Below are positions 59,534 to 64,000 of a stretch of DNA of 64,000 nt, in pieces. Position 1 is the stretch's first letter; every line of letters starts with the position of its first letter. A program made the translations under genes and the position numbers. The DNA comes from Rhodocyclaceae bacterium (GTDB taxonomy: Bacteria > Pseudomonadota > Gammaproteobacteria > Burkholderiales > CAIKXV01), in the NCBI GenBank assembly GCA_020248265.1, contig JADCHX010000011.1:262670-326669 (forward strand). Reading direction: 5' to 3'. A model generated the notes under the pieces. It was not told the origin of the DNA and ran no database searches. It worked only from the letters and a program-made list of their open reading frames with translations.

Positions 59534-60196
59534 GTGAACCTGCGCCGCTACTTCATCACCGGCCTGCTGATCTGGATCCCGATCGGCATCACCTTCTGGG
59601 TGATGGATTTCCTCGTCGGCACGCTCGACCAGTCGCTGGCGCTGTTGCCGGCCAGCTGGCGCACGGAGGCCTGGATCGGCATGCATATTCCCGGCATGGG
59701 CGTGCTGCTGACGCTGGCTATCGTCACGCTGACCGGCGTGGTGGCGGCCAATTTCATCGGCCAGCGGTTGCTCGCCTTCTGGGAAGGGCTCCTCGCGCGC
59801 ATACCGGTCGTGCGCTCGATCTACTACGGCGTGAAGCAGGTCAGCGACTCGTTGCTCGCGAGCAATGGACAATCCTTCCGCAAGGCGGTATTGCTGCAGT
59901 TTCCGATGCCCGGCACGTGGACCATCGGATTCATCACCGGTACTCCGGGTGGCGAAGTGGCCCGGCACCTGCCGGGCGACTCGGTGGGCGTGTTCATCCC
60001 TCTGACGCCGAATCCGACGGCCGGGTACTTCCTGCTGGTGCCGGCGAACGAAGTGATCGAACTCGAGATGAGCGTCGAAGAGGCACTCAAGTACATCATC
60101 TCGATGGGCATCGTGCCGCCGCGCGGGCAGGTGCGTCCCGGAGGGCCCGGCGAGAGCCCGTTGCAGCTGGTCAAGCGGCCGCTGCCCGGCAGCTGA
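59534..60196 (+). CDS. DUF502-family membrane protein
   Basis: GTG start ('VNLRRYFITGLLIWIPIGITFWV'). 'IPVVRSIYYGVKQV', 'PTPNPTAGYF-like LTPNPTAGYFLLVP'. Confidence 0.8.
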   Translation: MNLRRYFITGLLIWIPIGITFWVMDFLVGTLDQSLALLPASWRTEAWIGMHIPGMGVLLTLAIVTLTGVVAANFIGQRLLAFWEGLLARIPVVRSIYYGVKQVSDSLLASNGQSFRKAVLLQFPMPGTWTIGFITGTPGGEVARHLPGDSVGVFIPLTPNPTAGYFLLVPANEVIELEMSVEEALKYIISMGIVPPRGQVRPGGPGESPLQLVKRPLPGS

Positions 60197-60287
60197 GCCT
60201 GCCGCCGCTGCGCATGCCGCGGCGCCCTCGAGTCCTGAACATTCCCCAACCGCCGGCTGCGTGCCCGCCGGAACCTGAAGAACGACG

Positions 60288-62051
60288 ATGCGAACCGACT
60301 ACTGCGGCCTGATCTCCGAAAGACACCTCGACCAGACGGTGGAACTGAACGGCTGGGTGCATCGGCGCCGCGACCATGGCGGCGTGATCTTCATCGACCT
60401 GCGCGACCGCGAGGGCGTGGTGCAGGTGGTGATCGACCCCGATACCCCCGATGCGTTTGCCACCGCCGACAAGGTGCGCAACGAGTTCGTCCTGCGCATC
60501 TCCGGGCGCGTGCGGCACCGCCCTCAGGGCACCACCAATGCGAACATCGTCAGCGGACAGATCGAGGTGCTGGCGAAGTCGATCGAGATCCTGAACGCTT
60601 CGCTGACGCCCCCGTTCCAGATGGACGAGGAGAACCTGTCCGAGACCGTGCGGCTCACGCATCGCGTGATGGACCTGCGCCGCCCGGAGATGCTGAACAA
60701 CCTGAAGTTGCGCTACCGTTTCACGATGGCGGTACGCCGCTACTTCGATGCACAGGGCTTCATCGACGTCGAGACGCCGATGCTCACCAAGTCGACGCCG
60801 GAGGGTGCGCGCGACTACCTCGTCCCCTCGCGCGTGCACCACGGAGAGTTCTTCGCGCTGCCGCAGTCGCCGCAGATCTTCAAGCAGTTGCTGATGGTCG
60901 CCGGCTTCGACCGCTACTACCAGATCGTCAAGTGCTTCCGCGACGAAGACCTGCGTGCCGACCGCCAGCCCGAATTCACCCAGATCGACGTCGAGACCTC
61001 GTTCCTGGGCGAGCGCGAGATCAACGACATCATGGAGGGCATGATCCGCAGCGTGTTCCGCGAGGTGATGTCGGTCGATCTGCCCGAGTTCCCGCGCATG
61101 AGCTGGCAGGAGGCGATGGACCGCTTCGGCAGCGACAAGCCGGACCTGCGCGTCACGCTCGAACTCACCGAACTCACCGATGTGATGACGGATGTTGCCT
61201 TCAAGGTGTTCTCCGGTCCTGCGACGACGCCCGGTGGCCGGGTGGCGGCGCTGCGCGTGCCCGGCGGCGCTGCGCTCACCCGGGGCGAGATCGACGGCTA
61301 CACCGAGTTCGTGAAGGTCTACGGCGCCAAGGGCCTGGCCTACATCAAGGTCAACGATGCCTCGAAGCCGAACGAGGAAGGCCTGCAGTCGCCGATCGTG
61401 AAGAACCTGCATGCGCAGGCACTGGCGGCCATCCTCGAGCGCACCGGCGCGCAGTCGGGCGACCTGATCTTCTTCGGTGCCGATCGCGGCAAGGTGGTCA
61501 ACGATTCGATGGGCGCCCTGCGCCTGCGCGTCGGCCACGAGAAGGGCCACCTCGATGGCCGTGCCTGGGCACCGCTTTGGGTGGTCGACTTCCCGATGTT
61601 CGAGTTCGACGAAGAGAGCAAGGGCTGGACGGCGATGCACCATCCGTTCACCGCACCGAAGGACGGCCACGAGAACCTGCTCGAAGCCGAGCCCGGCAAG
61701 GCGCTGGCCAAGGCGTACGACATGGTGCTCAACGGATCGGAGATCGGCGGCGGTTCGGTGCGTATCCACCGCGAGGACGTACAGTCGAAGGTGTTCTCGG
61801 CGATCGGCCTGTCGATCGAGGAGGCACGCACCAAGTTCGGCTTCCTGCTCGATGCGCTGCAGTATGGTGCGCCGCCCCATGGCGGGATCGCGTTCGGTGT
61901 CGACCGCATCGTGGCGATGATGGCCGGATCCGATTCGATCCGCGATGTCATTGCCTTCCCGAAGACGCAGCGCGCGCAATGCCTGCTGACCCAGGCACCG
62001 TCGCCCGTGGACGAGAAGCAGTTGCGTGAACTGCACATCAAGGTCCGCTGA
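60288..62051 (+). CDS. aspS: aspartate--tRNA ligase
   Basis: 587 aa. '[22 protein letters not shown]', '[18 protein letters not shown]', 'GGGSVRIH', 'GGIAFGVDR'. Confidence 0.95.
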   Translation: MRTDYCGLISERHLDQTVELNGWVHRRRDHGGVIFIDLRDREGVVQVVIDPDTPDAFATADKVRNEFVLRISGRVRHRPQGTTNANIVSGQIEVLAKSIEILNASLTPPFQMDEENLSETVRLTHRVMDLRRPEMLNNLKLRYRFTMAVRRYFDAQGFIDVETPMLTKSTPEGARDYLVPSRVHHGEFFALPQSPQIFKQLLMVAGFDRYYQIVKCFRDEDLRADRQPEFTQIDVETSFLGEREINDIMEGMIRSVFREVMSVDLPEFPRMSWQEAMDRFGSDKPDLRVTLELTELTDVMTDVAFKVFSGPATTPGGRVAALRVPGGAALTRGEIDGYTEFVKVYGAKGLAYIKVNDASKPNEEGLQSPIVKNLHAQALAAILERTGAQSGDLIFFGADRGKVVNDSMGALRLRVGHEKGHLDGRAWAPLWVVDFPMFEFDEESKGWTAMHHPFTAPKDGHENLLEAEPGKALAKAYDMVLNGSEIGGGSVRIHREDVQSKVFSAIGLSIEEARTKFGFLLDALQYGAPPHGGIAFGVDRIVAMMAGSDSIRDVIAFPKTQRAQCLLTQAPSPVDEKQLRELHIKVR

Positions 62052-62485
62052 TGCAGGCACCCACCCGGTGCGTCAGGCCGAAGCCGTGGCGGGCTGCCGC
62101 CGGTACGCTGCTCGCGTGGCTGCCGGCGTTGCTGGCATTCGCCCTGCTGTGCGCGACGGTGCCGGACTCGGCCGCGCGCGGCGAGCAGCAACCCGCGGTC
62201 CAGGGCAGGGGCGCGGAGGTCGCGCTGGCCGACCTGCCGCCGGAGGCACAGCGCACGCTTGCGCTGATTCGCAAGGGTGGACCGTTTCCGTACGACCGGG
62301 ACGGCATCGTGTTCGGCAACCGCGAGAAACTGTTGCCGCAGCGCGAGCGCGGCTGGTACCTGGAATACACCGTGCCTACGCCGGGTGCGCGCAACAGGGG
62401 GGCGCGGCGGATCGTGACGGCGCGGTCCGGCGAGTTCTACTACACCGACGACCACTATGCGAGTTTCAGGCGCATCCGTGAATGA
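62051..62485 (+). CDS. secreted guanyl-specific ribonuclease, barnase / RNase Sa (N1/T1) family
   Basis: The ATG shares 1 nt with the aspS stop (TGATG). Signal-like 'AAAGTLLAWLPALLAFALLCA'. Catalytic-core pattern 'FGNREKLLP ... WYLEYTVPTPGARNRGARRIV ... YYTDDHYASFRRI'. Confidence 0.85.
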   Translation: MQAPTRCVRPKPWRAAAGTLLAWLPALLAFALLCATVPDSAARGEQQPAVQGRGAEVALADLPPEAQRTLALIRKGGPFPYDRDGIVFGNREKLLPQRERGWYLEYTVPTPGARNRGARRIVTARSGEFYYTDDHYASFRRIRE

Positions 62486-62512
62486 GCCGCTGACAGTCAC
62501 GGGAGCGATGGC

Positions 62513-62980
62513 ATGAACAAGAGCCTGCTTCGCGATGCCGCAGCCGCCGGTCTGTATGCATGCGATCACGACCTCGATGCCTGGGAGGCCGCCGCGCGCG
62601 CCGCCGGGCTGATGGTGGTCAGGGTCGACCTCGAACATTGCCGCACGAAGGGCGCGATCCTGGATGCCTTCGCCGACGCCTGCAGGCTTCCCGAGTATTT
62701 CGGTGGCAACTGGGACGCGCTCGACGAATGCCTGCGCGACGACGCCTGGCACGAACCGGGCGATGCCGCCCGGCAGGGCCTGCTCTGGCGCATCGACGGG
62801 GCTGCGTTCGCGGCGCACCAGGTCCCGGACGTGTTCGAGACCCTGGTCGAGATCCTCGACGATGCGGTCGACGCCTGGCGCGAGCGTGGCATCGCCTGCT
62901 GGGTGCTGGTGGCGAGCGACGAGCCGGCGGAGTTCGGCCTGGATGCGCTGCCGTCGGCCGACGCGCCGGACGCCGGCTGA
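62513..62980 (+). CDS. barstar-family RNase inhibitor
   Basis: 155 aa. 'ILDAFADACRLPEYFGGNWDALDECLRD'. Immediately downstream of the RNase. Confidence 0.85.
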   Translation: MNKSLLRDAAAAGLYACDHDLDAWEAAARAAGLMVVRVDLEHCRTKGAILDAFADACRLPEYFGGNWDALDECLRDDAWHEPGDAARQGLLWRIDGAAFAAHQVPDVFETLVEILDDAVDAWRERGIACWVLVASDEPAEFGLDALPSADAPDAG

Positions 62981-62996
62981 TCCAGGCGCCGCGCGC

Positions 62997-63440
62997 GTGT
63001 ACAAGATCCCGGTATCGGTGCTGGTGGTGATCCATACCCGTGCCCTTGACGTGTTGCTGCTCGAGCGTTTCGACCGCCCCGGCTTCTGGCAGTCGGTCAC
63101 CGGCAGCCTGGACCGGCTCGACGAGCCGCTGGACGAGACGGCGCGGCGCGAGGTGCTCGAGGAGACCGGTATAGATGCCGGGCAGGGCCGCCTGGTCGAC
63201 TGGAAGCAGTCGAGTCGCTACGAGATATACCCGCACTGGCGGGCCCGCTACGGTCCCGGTGTCACCGAGAATGTCGAGCATGCGTTCGGTCTCGAGCTTG
63301 ACGATCGCCTGCCGGTGGTCTTGTCCCCGCGCGAACACACCCGATATCAATGGTTGCCCTGGTCGGAGGCTGCAGGAAAGGTGTTTTCGTCCACCAATGG
63401 CGATGCCATTCGCCGGCTGCCGTTGCTTGCCTCGCGCTGA
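62997..63440 (+). CDS. nudB: Nudix hydrolase, dihydroneopterin triphosphate diphosphatase-like
   Basis: GTG start ('VYKIPVSVLVVI'). Nudix box 'GSLDRLDEPLDETARREVLEETGI'. Confidence 0.8.
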   Translation: MYKIPVSVLVVIHTRALDVLLLERFDRPGFWQSVTGSLDRLDEPLDETARREVLEETGIDAGQGRLVDWKQSSRYEIYPHWRARYGPGVTENVEHAFGLELDDRLPVVLSPREHTRYQWLPWSEAAGKVFSSTNGDAIRRLPLLASR

Positions 63441-63543
63441 CACCTCGCTGCCGTGCACCCGGGGATGACAGTTGTGTTAACTTCGCCGGCCCGTTTGCGT
63501 TGATCGGTGGCGTTTTGCCGATGCGCTTTCCCTGGAGGATGGA

Positions 63544-64000
63544 ATGACCGCGACCCCAGTGTTGTCATTCGACGACTACAAGACCCTGGAAGACGACGCC
63601 TGCCAGGCGCGGATCGTCGCAGCCCGGGCCAGGCTGGGCGCACGCGCGACCATCCTCGGCCACCATTACCAGCGGGCCGACGTGTACCAGCATGCCGACC
63701 TCACCGGGGATTCGCTCGGGCTTTCGCGTCTGGCGGCGCAGACCGACGCCGAGTACATCGTCTTCTGTGGCGTGCATTTCATGGCCGAGGTGGCCGATAT
63801 CCTGACGAAACCGCACCAGGTGGCGATCCTGCCCGACCTTTCGGCCGGTTGCTCGATGGCCGACATGGCCAGCCTCGCCAAGGTCGAGCGGGCCTGGCGC
63901 GAGATCTCCGAGGTGCTCGATCCGGACGAGCACATCACGCCGATCACCTACATCAACTCGGCTGCCGACCTGAAGGCGTTCTGCGGCGAACATGGCGGCA
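63544..64000 (+). CDS. nadA: quinolinate synthase (3' end beyond window)
   Basis: My own translation from ATG 63544 (GGAGGA upstream). The ORF is not in the track because it has no stop inside the window: 'MTATPVLSFDDYKTLEDDACQARIVAARARLGARATILGHHYQRADVYQHADLTGDSLGLSRLAAQTDAEYIVFCGVHFMAEVADIL...LSAGCSMADMA'. Confidence 0.85.
   Translation, partial: MTATPVLSFDDYKTLEDDACQARIVAARARLGARATILGHHYQRADVYQHADLTGDSLGLSRLAAQTDAEYIVFCGVHFMAEVADILTKPHQVAILPDLSAGCSMADMASLAKVERAWREISEVLDPDEHITPITYINSAADLKAFCGEHGG

Noticed and set aside
1-64000. Mobile elements, genomic-island borders, tRNA/rRNA genes.
   Set aside because: I found no transposase, integrase or recombinase ORFs and no tRNA-like sequence in any spacer. 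No long direct repeats bracket the accessory blocks. An absence judged by eye cannot exclude small elements.

Overview
GC-rich bacterial chromosomal segment (about two-thirds G+C by eye, not computed) with about 60 protein-coding genes. I recognised no rRNA, tRNA, CRISPR array, transposase or integrase. Most of the window is housekeeping: folA-thyA, aroC, leuC-leuD-leuB-asd-fimV-truA-trpF-trpB-trpA-accD-folC-SPOR-cvpA-purF, metZ, lpxH-ppiB-ppiA, cysS, FmdB-DUF502-aspS, nudB and nadA. I associate this gene order with Betaproteobacteria, from memory and without a search. Many neighbouring genes overlap start and stop codons (ATGA, GTGA, TGATG).

Accessory content:
- An IorAB-type 2Fe-2S/molybdopterin oxidoreductase whose large subunit carries one in-frame TAG. 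It is followed 24 bp later by a soxX-soxY-soxZ-soxA-like cluster. That SoxY lacks the canonical GGCGG arm, and no soxB is adjacent.
- A PAS-GGDEF-EAL gene whose stop overlaps the start of a nitronate monooxygenase / enoyl-CoA hydratase / amidase string.
- A catabolic block: acyl-CoA dehydrogenase, NDP-forming acyl-CoA synthetase, two Bug/TctC binding proteins, a CocE/NonD hydrolase and an amidase.
- ackA-pta.
- A secreted barnase-family RNase plus barstar, wedged between aspS and nudB.
- A 360-aa ORF with no family I can name.

Two intergenic regions are dense in repeats and stems that no annotated feature explains: 8354-8965 and 54664-54808.

I found no clear-cut novel multi-gene system such as a defence island. 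The best candidates for follow-up are the non-canonical Sox-like cluster, the structured 612-bp thyA/aroC spacer, the interrupted IorB gene and the ORFan at 47199-48281. All family calls come from reading the translated ORFs against remembered family motifs; no searches were run. The many long antisense ORFs in the track are treated as high-GC artefacts.
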